Below, piece after piece: positions 20,469-31,006 of a stretch of DNA of 64,000 nt. Numbering within the stretch: the stretch's first letter is position 1; each line of letters starts with the position of its first letter. The notes under the pieces were generated by a model. The model saw nothing but the letters and a program-made list of their open reading frames with translations. It did not search any database and was not told where the DNA came from. Where the stretch lies: positions 1 to 64,000 of the forward strand of contig CAVVEU010000011.1 of NCBI GenBank assembly GCA_963747235.1, given 5' to 3'. The position numbers and the translations under genes are program-made. This DNA is from an uncultured Candidatus Rokubacteria bacterium. Lineage in GTDB: Bacteria; Methylomirabilota; Methylomirabilia; Rokubacteriales; CSP1-6.

Positions 20469-21502
20469 ATGCGACGTTTCTCGATGCTCGTCCCGCTCTC
20501 TCTCGTGCTCGCCATCGTCGGGCTCGTGGTGGCGCTCGGTCCCGACACGCCGTCGGCCCAGCAGCCGACGCAGAAGGTGGTCTTCGCGCTCAACTGGTTC
20601 CCGGTGGGCGACCACGCGGCGTACTGGGTGGCGCTGGAGAAGGGCTACTATCGGCAGCGCGGCCTCGACGTGGACATGCAGAACTCCAAGGGCTCGGGCG
20701 ATTCCATCGCCAAGGTGGACACCGGGCGCGCCGACGTCGGCCTGGCCGACAGCGCGGTGGTCATCGCCTCCGCGGCTCGGGGCACGAAGGTGAAGGTGGT
20801 CGGCATGGTCTTCGACAAGAGCCCGCTCAACATCTGGAGCCGCAAGGACGCGCCGATCACGAAGCCGAAGGACCTCGAGGGCAAGAGCGTGGCCGCGCCG
20901 CCCGGGTGACGGGCAGCGGCAGATGTTCCCCGCCTTCGCGCGCCTGAACGGCATCGACGCAGAGCAAGGTCACGTGGGTGAACGTGGAGCCGGCGGCCAA
21001 GGTGCCCGCGCTGGCCGAGAAGCGCGTGGACGCGGTGGCCGACTACACCACCGGCCTGCCGTTCTACGAGAAGGCCATCGGCAAGGGCAACGCGGTCATG
21101 CTGCCGTGGGCCGACCACGGCTTCGACATGTACAGCATGTCCATCATCGCGAGCGAGAAGACGATGAAGGAGCGCGGGCCGGTGCTGAAGGCGTTCCTCG
21201 AGGCGTCGTACCTGGGCTGGCGCGACGTGATGGCCGATCCCAAGTCCGCGCTCGAGATCTTCAAGAAGCGGGTGCCCGAGATCGACCTCTCGATCATCGA
21301 GCCCAACATGATGATGGGCCTCGAGCTGATGAAGACCGACCGCTACGCGAAGAACGGGATCGGCTGGATGGAAGAGAAGAAGATGTGCGACTCGGTGGAC
21401 CTGGTCAACACCTACATGGGCGTGCCGACCAAGGTCGAGTGCAAGGCGGTCTACACCAACGAGTTCCTCACCAAGGTGGAGCTGCCCCGGTCCGCGCGCT
21501 GA
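20469..21502 (+). CDS. ABC substrate-binding protein (NMT1/THI5-like), indels near 20905 and 20960
   Basis: Signal peptide; LNWFPVGDHAAYWVALEKGYY, PKDLEGK. Confidence 0.88.
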
Positions 21503-21512
21503 ACGTCGTCGC

Positions 21513-22278
21513 GTGACCGATCTCATCCGCCTCGACCGTGTGGGGATGACCTACACGACGGCGTCCGGCACGGTCGAGGCGCTGCGGGATATCGATCTGG
21601 TGGTCGGGCGCGGGGAGCTGGTGGCCATCGTGGGCCCGTCGGGCTGCGGCAAGTCCACGCTCCTGCGCGTCATCGCGGGGCTGCGGCCGCCGAGCCGCGG
21701 CCGGGTCGAGGTGGACGGGCGCCCGGTGACGGGGCCGCTGCCGTCGGTGGGCATGGTCTTCCAGGCGCCGGTGCTGCTCAAGTGGCGCACCATCGAGTCC
21801 AACGTGCTGCTGCCCGCCGAGCTCTCCGGCCTCGATCCGCGCCGCCTACCGGAGCCGCGCGGCGGAGCTGCTGCGCCTGGTCGGCCTCGCCGAGTTCGCG
21901 GGGAAGCTGCCGCGCGAGCTGTCGGGGGGCATGCAGCAGCGCGCCTCGCTCTGCCGCGCGCTGCTGCTCGACCCGCCGCTGCTGCTGATGGACGAGCCGT
22001 TCGGCGCGCTCGACGCGATGACGCGGGACGAGATGAATCTCGAGCTGCTGCGCGTCTGGGGCGAGGGCAGCCGCGAGCGCAAGACCATCGTGTTCGTCAC
22101 GCACTCGATCCCGGAGGCGGTCTTCCTGGCGGATCGCGTGGTGGTGATGACCCCGCGCCCGGGCCGGCTCGCGCGCGTCTTCGACGTGCCCCTATCGCGC
22201 CCGCGCACGGTGGCGTCGCGCGCCGGCGCCGACTTCGGCGCGCTGACGCTCGCGGTGCACGAAGCGCTGGGCGCTTAG
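21513..22278 (+). CDS. ABC transporter ATP-binding subunit (indel near 21845)
   Basis: [36 protein letters not shown]. Confidence 0.92.
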
Positions 22279-22280
22279 GC

Positions 22281-22366
22281 TGGGGTCAGGTCTTGAATTC
22301 CTACATTTTGTGGCGCATGCGACGCTGAGCTCTGACCAAAATGTCGGAATGCAAGACCTGACCCCA
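22281..22366. repeat. REPIN/MITE-like element with 30-bp inverted arms
   Basis: TGGGGTCAGGTCTTG(A/C)ATTCC(T/G)ACATTTTG arms matching 28/30, 26-nt spacer, between convergent stops. Confidence 0.85.
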
Positions 22367-22367
22367 T

Positions 22368-23136
22368 TCAAGACGCGAGGGTGCCGCCGTCGACCGCGAG
22401 GATGTGGCCGGTGACCATGGCGGAGGCGGCGGAGGCGAGGTAGAGGGCGGCGCCGATCAGCTCGTCGGGCTTGCCCATGCGGCCCATGGGGACGCGGCGC
22501 ATCGCGCGCTCGGCGTAGTTGGGCTCGCGGTGGATCAGGTCGCCGATGTTGGACTCGAAACCACGAGGGCGCGATCGCGTTGACGCGCACGTTCTGGGGC
22601 GCCCACTCCACCGCGAGGGCCCGCGTCAGCATCACCACGCCGCCCTTGCTCGCCGCGTAGGCCACGGTGCCGGTCAGGCCGATCTCGCCCGCGATGGACG
22701 CGATGTTGACGATGGACCCGCGCTTGCGCGCGAGCATGCGCTGCCCCACGACCTGGCAGCCCCAGAACACGCCGCTCAGGTTGACCGCGAGCACGCGATG
22801 CCACTCGGCCTCGGGGAACGCGGCGGCGGGGCTGCGGTGCGTGATGCCCGCGCTGTTGACGAGCACGTCGATGGCGCCGAGCCGGTCCTCCGCCTCCGCC
22901 GCCATGCGCTCCACGCTCGCCCGGTCGGCGACGTCCACCGCCACCGCCAGCGCGCGGCCCCCGTTCTTCGCGATCCCGTCGGCCACCACCTTGGCCTGGC
23001 CCGCGTTGAAATCCGCCACCGCGACCGCGGCGCCCGCCTCGGCCAGCCCGCGGGCCATGGCCGCGCCGAGCCCGCCCGCGCCGCCCACCACCACCGCGGT
23101 CTGCCCGTCCAGCCGGAAGAGATCGAGGCTCGTCAT
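22368..23136 (-). CDS. SDR oxidoreductase (KduD/gluconate 5-DH-like), indel near 22555
   Basis: GGAGGLG, VNSAG, YAASKGG, VNAIAP, VDGG. Confidence 0.9.
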
Positions 23137-23600
23137 GCCCGGCGCGCCGGCTGGATGAGCTCCAGCGTGATGTCGTCGGGATCGAAGAAGTAGACGCCCT
23201 TGGCGCCCGCGTTGCGCCCGTGGGTGATGTCCACCGGGGCCGACTTGAAGCGCACGCCCTTGCCCTTGAGGTCGGCGTAGGTGGCGTCGAGGTCCTCCAC
23301 CATGAAGGCCACGTGGCCGTTGCCGGGAATGTAGGTATTCGCGTCGCCCCGGCTCCCGCGCGGCCGGCGGTACTCGAGCAGCTCGATGTGATGCCCCGGC
23401 GCCGCGTCCGGCCCCGCGGGCAGGCGCAGCAGCGCGATGCGCAGCTCCGCGTCCGGGTAGCCGACCACCGCGCGCAGGTACGGCTGGCTGCTGTCCCACT
23501 GCGTGATCAGCTCGAGGCCCAGCAGGTCGCGGTAGAACGCGACCGACCGGTCCAGATCGCTGACGGTGAGGCCGGTGTGCAGGATCGCGCTGACGCCCAT
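23133..23600 (-). CDS. VOC/glyoxalase family
   Basis: HTGLTVSDLDRSVAFY, IELLEY, HVAF, DPDDITLEL. Confidence 0.9.
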   Translation of the reverse strand: MGVSAILHTGLTVSDLDRSVAFYRDLLGLELITQWDSSQPYLRAVVGYPDAELRIALLRLPAGPDAAPGHHIELLEYRRPRGSRGDANTYIPGNGHVAFMVEDLDATYADLKGKGVRFKSAPVDITHGRNAGAKGVYFFDPDDITLELIQPARRA

Positions 23601-23643
23601 GGTCGGTTTCCTCCGGCCGACAGTCTAGGGGGGCACGCGGCGG

Positions 23644-23672
23644 TTGACAAGGCGCAGCAGTCATCGCAGAGT
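23644..23672 (+). promoter_or_regulatory. sigma70-type promoter for the peptide ABC operon
   Basis: TTGACA-N17-CAGAGT followed by the GTCTTGG-cac-CCAAGAC inverted repeat. Confidence 0.5.
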
Positions 23673-23715
23673 CTTGGCACCCAAGACCACCCGCTTGCTC
23701 CGTGGAGGTGCTGGA

Positions 23716-25284
23716 ATGGCGCGTCGAACGATCTCGCTCCGGCTGCTGACCGCGCTCGTGATGAGCGCGCTGCTCACGTTCGCGGCAGCGCCCGCCGACG
23801 CGCAGAAGAAGGGCGGCGTGCTCCGGGTCGGCAATCTCGGCGAGCCGCCCGCGCTGGACGCGCACTGGACCACCGCGAGCATCACCGAGACGCTCACCAA
23901 CCACATCTACGAGGGGCTCTACAGCCTCGACCGCGACAAGAAGCCGATCCCGATGCTCGCGGAGAGCCACACCGTCAGCAAGGACGGGCTCACCTACACC
24001 TTCAAGCTCCGCCAGGGCGTGAAGTTCCACAACGGCAAGGAGATGTCCTCCGAGGACGTGGTGGCCTCGCTCAACCGCTGGGGCAAGCAGTCGAACTACG
24101 GCAAGTCGCTCTTCGCCCAGGTCGCCGAGCTGCGGGCGGTGGACCGGTACACCGTGGAGATGAAGCTGAAGGAGAAGTCGGCGATCGTGCTCATCTCGCT
24201 CGCGGTCCCGAACAACTTCGGCGCGATCTATCCCAAGGAGATCGCCGAGAAGTTCGCGCCGGAGGTGAAGGTGACCGAGTACGTGGGCACCGGCCCCTTC
24301 AAGCTCGCGGAGTGGAAGCCCGACCAGTACATCCGCATGGTGCGCTTCGACGACTACAAGTCGCGCAGCGAGAAGCCGAACGGCTACGGCGGCGGCAAGA
24401 CCGCGTGGGTGGACGAGATCCGCTGGGTGCCGGTGCCCGAGGTGGCGACGCGCGTGGCCCAGGTGGAGACCGGCGAGCTCGACTTCGCCGACGATCTGAA
24501 CCTCGACGCCTACGACCGGCTCAAGAGCAATCGCCGACGCCCGCCCCATCGTCTCGAAGCCGTACTACTGGCTCGTGGCCGTCTTCAACAAGAAGGAAGG
24601 GCTGATGACGAACCAGAAGCTGCGTCAGGCCTGGCAGGCCGCCATCGACATCGAGCCCATCATGAAGAACGTGGCGGGCGGCAAGAAGGAGTTCTACCGG
24701 ATGGACAGCAGCCTCGCCCCGGTGGAGATCACCGCCTGGCACACCAAGCTCGCCGGGCCTGCCCTGGAACGAGCACAACCGGGACAAGGCCAAGCGGCTC
24801 CTGCAGGAGGCGGGCTACAAGAAGGAGCCGATCCGCTTCATGACCACCCAGGAGTACAAGTGGATGTACGACTTCGCGCTGCTCAGCAAGCAGCAGCTCG
24901 AGGACGTGGGCTTCAACATCGACCTGCAGGTGGTGGACTGGGCCACCCTCGTCAAGCGGCGCAACAATTCCAAGGAGTACGACGTCTTCACCACCGGGAT
25001 GGGCGCCTTCTACGACCCGACGCCATCACATCTATCTGACCTCGAGCTGGCCCGGCTGGACGAGTGACGAGGGCATCCTGAAGCTGCAGGCGGAGCTGGC
25101 CCGCGAGACCGATCCCAAGAAGCGGATGGCGCTCTGGGAGCAGCAGACGCGCCAGTTCTACGAGAAGGTGCCGGTGATCCGCTACGGCGACCTGTTCGGC
25201 CTGCGCGCGGCGCGCAACACGCTGAAGGGCTTCGACGAGTCGACCGAGCGCATCCGCTTCTACAACGTCTGGCTCGAGAAATAG
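23716..25284 (+). CDS. ABC peptide/nickel substrate-binding protein, family 5 (several indels)
   Basis: IYEGL, LAES, YTFKLRQGVKFHNG, GTGPFK. Confidence 0.9.
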
Positions 25285-25330
25285 CCACCCGGTGCGACGG
25301 GGTGGACGGCGAGATCGGCGCGACAAGACC

Positions 25331-25387
25331 CTGCAGCACGGCGACGGCGTGATCAAGTTCCGCAAGGTCGCGGTCAAGCCGCTGTAA
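25331..25387 (+). pseudogene. orphan 3' fragment resembling the DUF1080 C-terminus
   Basis: LQHGDGVIKFRKVAVKPL* with coding-like codon usage and no start. Confidence 0.55.
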
Positions 25388-25470
25388 TTGGACGATCGGT
25401 GGCCGCGCACCGCGGGGGCGCTTGATTGTTGAGGGGGTCGCCCGTCCGCGGCGCGGCCTGACCTGCCCGC

Positions 25471-26415
25471 TTGTTTGCGTATCTAGTCCGGCGCCTCCTC
25501 GCCGTCATCCCGGTGATGGCGGTGGTGGTGACGGTCGTGTTCCTGCTCATCCACCTGATCCCCGGGGATCCGGTGAGCGTGATGCTGGGGCCCGACGCGA
25601 CCCCGACCCAGATCGACGCGACGCGCCGGTCGCTCGGGCTCGACCGGCCGGTGCACGAGCAGCTCCTGGGCTTCTACGCCCGGGTGCTGCGCGGCGACCT
25701 CGGCCAGTCCTATTTCCTGGACCGGCCGGTGGTGACCGCGATCGTCGAGCGCGCCGAGCCCACGCTGATGCTGATGGCCTGCGCCCTGCTGGTGGCGGTG
25801 GTCATCGGCGTGCCCTCGGGCATCGTGGCCGCCGCCCACCGCGGCTCGATCTGGGACCGCACGCTCATGCTGGGCTCGCTCCTCGGCGTGTGCGTGCCCG
25901 GCTTCTGGCTGAGCCTCAACTTCATCTATCTCTTCGCGGTGCGCCTCGGGTGGCTGCCCGCCGCGGGCTACGCCTCGGTCTTCTCCGAGCCGGTGAGCGC
26001 GCTGCGCTACATGGTGCTGCCCGCGGTCTCGCTCGGCTTCAACCAGTCGGCCCTGATCGCGCGCATCAGCCGCTCCTGCATGCTGGACGCGCTCCAGCAG
26101 GACTACGTGCGCACCGCGCGCGCCAAGGGCCTGCCCAATCGCGCGGTCACCTACGTGCACGCCTTCCGCAACGCGCTGGTGCCGGTGGTGACCGTGATCG
26201 GGGTGACCACCGCGGTGCTCATCGGGGGCGCGGTGGTGACCGAGATCGTGTTCAACATCCCGGGGCTGGGCCGGCTCGTCATCTCCGCGATCCTGCGCCG
26301 GGACTACCCGGTGGTGCAGGGGGTCGTGCTGGTGACCGCGGCGACCTACGTGCTCATCAACCTGCTCGTGGACGTGCTCTACGCCTTCATCGACCCCCGG
26401 ATCCGCTATGACTGA
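25471..26415 (+). CDS. ABC peptide permease (DppB-like)
   Basis: PGDPV, RGDLGQS, DYVRTARAKGL, RNAL, DPRIRY. Confidence 0.93.
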   Translation: MFAYLVRRLLAVIPVMAVVVTVVFLLIHLIPGDPVSVMLGPDATPTQIDATRRSLGLDRPVHEQLLGFYARVLRGDLGQSYFLDRPVVTAIVERAEPTLMLMACALLVAVVIGVPSGIVAAAHRGSIWDRTLMLGSLLGVCVPGFWLSLNFIYLFAVRLGWLPAAGYASVFSEPVSALRYMVLPAVSLGFNQSALIARISRSCMLDALQQDYVRTARAKGLPNRAVTYVHAFRNALVPVVTVIGVTTAVLIGGAVVTEIVFNIPGLGRLVISAILRRDYPVVQGVVLVTAATYVLINLLVDVLYAFIDPRIRYD

Positions 26416-27259
26416 GCCCCTCACCGAGCGGCAGCGCTGGGTGCGCCGGCTCGCCCGGAACGGCGGCGTGGTGACCGGCGCCGCGATCCTGCTCCTGCTG
26501 GTGGCGGCCGCGCTGCTGGCCGACGCGGTGTCCACCCACAACCCCACCCGGCTCACGCCCGCCAACCGGCTCCGGCCGCCGAGCGCGCAGCACTACCTCG
26601 GCACCGACGAGTTCGGGCGCGACGTGTACAGCCTGGTGCTGCACGGCAGCCGGGTCTCCCTGCTGGTCGGGCTCACCACCATGCTGCTGACCTCGGCGGG
26701 GGGCATCGTCATCGGGCTCGCCGCGGGCTTCTCGCGCCGTCTCGACGTGCCGGTGATGCGCTGCATGGACGGCTTGATGGCCTTCCCGGCGATCCTGCTC
26801 GCCATCGCGCTGATGGCCGCGCGCGGCCCCGGCGTCTGGAACGTGATCCTCGCGCTCTCGGTGGTCTACATGCCGCGCACCGCGATGATCATCCGCAGCA
26901 CGGTGCTGAGCCTGCGCGAGCTGGACTACATCCAGGCCGCGCGCGCCCTCGGCCGGCGGGACAGCGCGATCGCGCTGCGCCACATCCTGCCCAACTGCGT
27001 GGGCCCGCTGCTCGTGCAGGGCAGCTTCGTGTTCGCGTACGCGATCCTCGCCGAGGCGATCCTGGGCTTCCTCGGCGTGGGCGTGCCGCCCTACGTGCCG
27101 TCGTGGGGCAACGTGATCGCGAGCGGCAAGAACGTCATCCGCGAGGCGTTCTGGGTGAGCCTCTTCCCCGGCCTCGCGCTGACGATCGCCGGGCTGAGCC
27201 TCAACCTGCTCGGCGACGGATTGCGAGACGTGCTGGACCCGCGGCTCCGAGTGCGCTAA
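26408..27259 (+). CDS. ABC peptide permease (DppC-like)
   Basis: LGTDEFGRD, DYIQAARALG, RHILPN, PSWG, GDGLRDVLDPR. Confidence 0.93.
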   Translation: MTEPLTERQRWVRRLARNGGVVTGAAILLLLVAAALLADAVSTHNPTRLTPANRLRPPSAQHYLGTDEFGRDVYSLVLHGSRVSLLVGLTTMLLTSAGGIVIGLAAGFSRRLDVPVMRCMDGLMAFPAILLAIALMAARGPGVWNVILALSVVYMPRTAMIIRSTVLSLRELDYIQAARALGRRDSAIALRHILPNCVGPLLVQGSFVFAYAILAEAILGFLGVGVPPYVPSWGNVIASGKNVIREAFWVSLFPGLALTIAGLSLNLLGDGLRDVLDPRLRVR

Positions 27260-27317
27260 GAAGGAGGACGGTGCAGGGCAACCGCGGTGCGTCATCACCG
27301 CAGGAGGAAGGGTAGAT

Positions 27318-27788
27318 ATGGGAGCGATGGATTCGAGACAGCCGTCCCTGCTGGACGCGACAGCTCCCACGCGCCCGGCGCGCTCCCGCTCGGCCTCTTC
27401 GCTGCCGCTCCGGTCGCGGCGTCGCGCGGTGGAGATCATCCGGCACGCGGGCGGGCCGATCGAGGTGAAGATTTCCGGTCTCGTGGACGCGGCCGAGCGG
27501 CGGATCCGCCAGTGGCAGGGCGTGGCCGCCTTCCTGTTCATCCTCATGGTGGTGGGCGCGGCCCTCGCGGTGGTGGTGGTGGCGGTGCGCTGGGACGCCG
27601 AGCGCAGCCGCACCGTGCGGGTGCTCCGGGCCGATCTGCAGATGGCGCAGGCCCGCGAGCGCTGCTGGGAGGCCCTCGCGCGCTTCACGCCGCGCACCAC
27701 CGACGACGTGGTCGCGCCCGGCAAGCGCGACGCCTGGGTGGCGCGCTGCCTCAACACCGAGCTCACCCGCGTCAACGCCAAGCGCTAG
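27318..27788 (+). CDS. single-TM hypothetical protein
   Basis: One hydrophobic helix; two Cys in the C-terminal part; SD upstream. Confidence 0.55.
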   Translation: MGAMDSRQPSLLDATAPTRPARSRSASSLPLRSRRRAVEIIRHAGGPIEVKISGLVDAAERRIRQWQGVAAFLFILMVVGAALAVVVVAVRWDAERSRTVRVLRADLQMAQARERCWEALARFTPRTTDDVVAPGKRDAWVARCLNTELTRVNAKR

Positions 27789-27799
27789 GAGCGACCGTC

Positions 27800-28219
27800 A
27801 TGCAAGAGCACCAGTCAATGGAAGCGGTGCACGCCGACGATCGGGAGTGGGAGACCCTGCGCTGGCCGGGCCAGTGGAGCAAGATGCTCTTCCATCCCCG
27901 GGCCGACCGCCCGACCGAGCCCAACGCGGGTCTGGTGCGCTACGAGCCGGGCTCGCACCATCCCTTCCACAAGCACGACTTCGCCCAGGTCTGGTACATC
28001 CTCGAGGGCGAGTTCCGGATCGGCGACGCGGTCTACACGCCGGGGACGATGCTCTTCTACCCCGACCCGCACTTCGAGGAGGCGCTCTCCACCAAGACGG
28101 GCGGGCTCATGCTCTTCGTGCAGTACCAGGGGCCGACCACGGGCGGGCAGCCGGTCTACGACGGGCGCTTCAACATGAAGGCCCGCAAGGCGATCGCCGA
28201 GGAGAACGTCGAGCGGTAG
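27800..28219 (+). CDS. ChrR-like cupin protein
   Basis: YEPGSHHPFHKH..WYILEGEF..PHFE. Confidence 0.75.
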   Translation: MQEHQSMEAVHADDREWETLRWPGQWSKMLFHPRADRPTEPNAGLVRYEPGSHHPFHKHDFAQVWYILEGEFRIGDAVYTPGTMLFYPDPHFEEALSTKTGGLMLFVQYQGPTTGGQPVYDGRFNMKARKAIAEENVER

Positions 28220-28225
28220 GCCAAG

Positions 28226-28261
28226 CCCCCTCACCCTGCCCTCTCCCCTGAGGGGAGAGGG
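28226..28261. repeat. REP singlet
   Basis: CCCCCTCACCCTGCCCTCTCCCCTGAGGGGAGAGGG between convergent genes. Confidence 0.85.
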
Positions 28262-28275
28262 TTAGAGGAGGAGGG

Positions 28276-30302
28276 TTAGAGGGCGGCGACCTCGACGCGG
28301 CAGTCGTTGTAGCAGGCGCCGCCGCAGATGTCGGCGTGGTGGCCCGGGGCCAGCGCGGAGACGGTCTGGCCGTTGTCGGTGGTCTTCATCCACGCGCCCT
28401 TCAGGCTGCAGATCACGCCGGGCCGGATCTCGTCGGTGATCCGGAGCGGCAGGTGCACCTCGCCCAGCTCGTTCCACACCCGCACCCGCACGCCGTCCGC
28501 CAGGCCGCGGGCCCGCGCGTCGTCCGGGTGCATCTCGAGCGGCGGGATCACGTCGCCCGCCTTGAGCCCCCCGAACGTGGAGGTGATGCGCTCGTCCGAG
28601 GCCGGCGTGATGAGGATCAGCGGGAACTTGCGTCTCGTAGGCGCGGTAGGTGGGCAGGCGGCTGCCGTACTTCTTGTCGAGATACTCCGAGGCCAGCTCC
28701 ACCTTGCCGGAGGCGGTCTTGGGGAAGACGTTCTTGAAGAGGATGGCCGGCTCGCCGCTCACCGTCATCGCGGTGGCGCGGTCGGTGGGCAGGCGGCTCG
28801 GCGCGATGCCGCCCAGGCGCGGGTCGGCCCCGTCCACCGCGTCGTCCATGAGCTGCGCGTCGCTGGCGGTGAAGATCGGATCGGTGTAGCCGAAGCGCGC
28901 GGCCAGCCGCCGGAAGATCTCGGTGTTGGGCAGCGACTCGTGCTGCGGCTGGATCACCGGCTCGGCGCGCTGCAGCCAGTGCTGGCCGTAGGCCGCGTAG
29001 ATGTCGTCGTACTCGAAGTGGCTCGAGGCGGGCAGCACCACGTCGGCGTAGGCGAGGCTGTCGGTCATCACCACGTCCGCAGCCCACGATGAAGAGATCC
29101 TCGCGGGCGAGCCCGCGGCGCATGCGGTTCTGGTCCGGATGCACGACGAGCGGGTTGTGGTTGTAGACGAAGAGCGCCTTGATGGGCGGCGACAGCGTGG
29201 GATCGAGCAGGTGCGCGCCCACGTCCACGATGTTGAGCGTGCGGGTGCCCGGCGGCAGGAGGTCCGGCCGCTGCAGCTTGGCGAGCGTCTTCGGGAACAC
29301 GAAGCCCGCGCCGTTGACGAGCCCGCCGCCCGGCACCCCGAACTTCCCGGCCAGCGCGGGGAGCGCGAAGATCGCGCGGATGCCGCTGCCGCCGTTCTGG
29401 TTCCGCTCGAGCCCGTTGCCCACGCTGATCGAGGCGGGCGAGAGCGTGTGGTACCACTCCGCGAGCTGGCGGATCTGCGCCTCCGGCACCTGGCAGATGC
29501 GCGCGGCCTCCGCCACCGAGTAGCGCCGCGCGCCCGCCATGAACTCCTCGAAGCCGGTCACGTGCCGCTCGATGAACGCGCGGTCGAAGGCGCCCCGCCG
29601 CTCGAGCTCCGCGGCCAGCGCCCAGGCCAGCACCACGTCGGTGCCGGGCTTGAGCGCCACGTGCATGTCCGCCTGCTCGGCGATCTTGATGCGCTTGGGA
29701 TCCACCACCACGATCTTGGCCCCGTCGCGGCGGGCCGCGTTGAGGATCGGCGTGAGGTGGAGGTTCGACCACGTGACATTGTTGCCCCACGCGATCGCGA
29801 GCTTGGAATGCCGCACCTGCTCGGGCGCGATGCCGGGCGTGGTGCCGAAGGTGCCGAGCCAGGCCTGGGTGCGGATGCCGCCGCAGAGCGGCGAGCGGTC
29901 CAGGAGCGAGGCGCCCAGCTTGTGGAAGAAGCGCAGGTCCATGGAGGCGTACGCCAGCATGCCGTGCGGGCCCGCGTAGTTGAGCGGCAGCACCGACTGC
30001 GGGCCGTGGGCCGCGATCACGCTCGTCACGCGCTCGTGGATGATGTCGAGCGCCTCGTCCCAGGACACCGGCGCGAAGCGCCCCTCGCCCTTGGCGCCGA
30101 TGCGGCGCAGCGGCGTCTGCAGGCGCCCGGGCCCGTGCACCCACTCGGGGTACGAGCCGGCGACCTTGGTGCAGATCACGCCGGCGGTGTAGGGATTGGC
30201 CCGCGAGCCGCGGATCTTCACGATCTTCGCGTGCTCCACGGTGACGGTGAGGCTGCAGGTGTCCGGGCAATCGAGGGGGCAGACGCTCGCATGGTCGCTC
30301 AT
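28276..30302 (-). CDS. molybdopterin (bis-MGD) oxidoreductase, indels near 29080 and 28630
   Basis: CPLDCPDTC..CTK [4Fe-4S] motif, YADVVLPA, MHPDDARARGLADG. Confidence 0.9.
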
Positions 30303-30405
30303 GGCTCGACATGGTAAGGCAACCGGCGCGGGTCCGCCAGATTCGGCTTCAAATTTCTCTGAGAATTGGCGGAGTTCCGGCGCTCAGCCATCTCGCCACC
30401 CGCGG

Positions 30406-30432
30406 GTAAACGCGCCGAGCGCCGCTCTCGTC
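30406..30432 (+). promoter_or_regulatory. ECF-sigma-like promoter
   Basis: GTAAAC-N17-CGTC upstream of the secreted Pro-rich protein. Confidence 0.4.
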
Positions 30433-30482
30433 TCATGCGGTGCACGGGGCGGCATCCATGGCCCCGGGCAGGAGGCAACACC

Positions 30483-30902
30483 ATGAAAAAGCTGATCGCG
30501 CTGGTTCTCGCTGCCGCGGTCTTTGCTCCAACGCTGGCCTTCGCGGGCGCGTCCACGGACGCGGCCCTCGGGCTCGGCGCCTTTGCCGTGTTCAACCAGA
30601 TCCTGGGCGGCGTCGGCATCTTCCACCGCGGCCCGGTGGTGGCCGCGCCCCCGGTGGTCTACGCGCCGCCGGCTCCGGCGTACTACGCGCCGCCGCCTCC
30701 CGTCTACTACGCTCCGCCGCCTCGCGTCTACGTGCCCGCGCCGCGGGTGATCGCGAGGCCGTATCCGGTGTATGTGCCGGCGCCGCGCCACGTGGTGGTG
30801 CACCCGCAGCCCGCGTTCTGCCCGCCCGGCCACGCCCGCAAGGGCTGGTGCTACAACGGGCCGGCGTATCACCCGGCCCCTCAGCCGGGCTGGCGCCACT
30901 GA
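30483..30902 (+). CDS. secreted Pro/Tyr-rich protein
   Basis: Signal peptide; STDAALGLGAFAVFNQ; YAPPP repeats; CPPGHARKGWC; SD AGGAGG. Confidence 0.8.
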   Translation: MKKLIALVLAAAVFAPTLAFAGASTDAALGLGAFAVFNQILGGVGIFHRGPVVAAPPVVYAPPAPAYYAPPPPVYYAPPPRVYVPAPRVIARPYPVYVPAPRHVVVHPQPAFCPPGHARKGWCYNGPAYHPAPQPGWRH

Positions 30903-30927
30903 TCTCGTAGCTCGCTTCCGCTCCACG

Positions 30928-30957
30928 CCCTCTCCCCCGAGCCCCGGGGGGAGAGGG
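30928..30957. repeat. degenerate REP hairpin
   Basis: CCCTCTCCCCCG..CGGGGGGAGAGGG. Confidence 0.65.
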
Positions 30958-31006
30958 TGCTACACTCCGGGGCGATGCCTGACGCCCGCTCGCTCGAGCG
31001 CTGCGA

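Noticed and set aside
20900-20915. In-frame TGA in the NMT1-type binding protein as selenocysteine or readthrough
   Set aside because: Removing one G restores PPGDGQRQMF, so it is an indel, not recoding.
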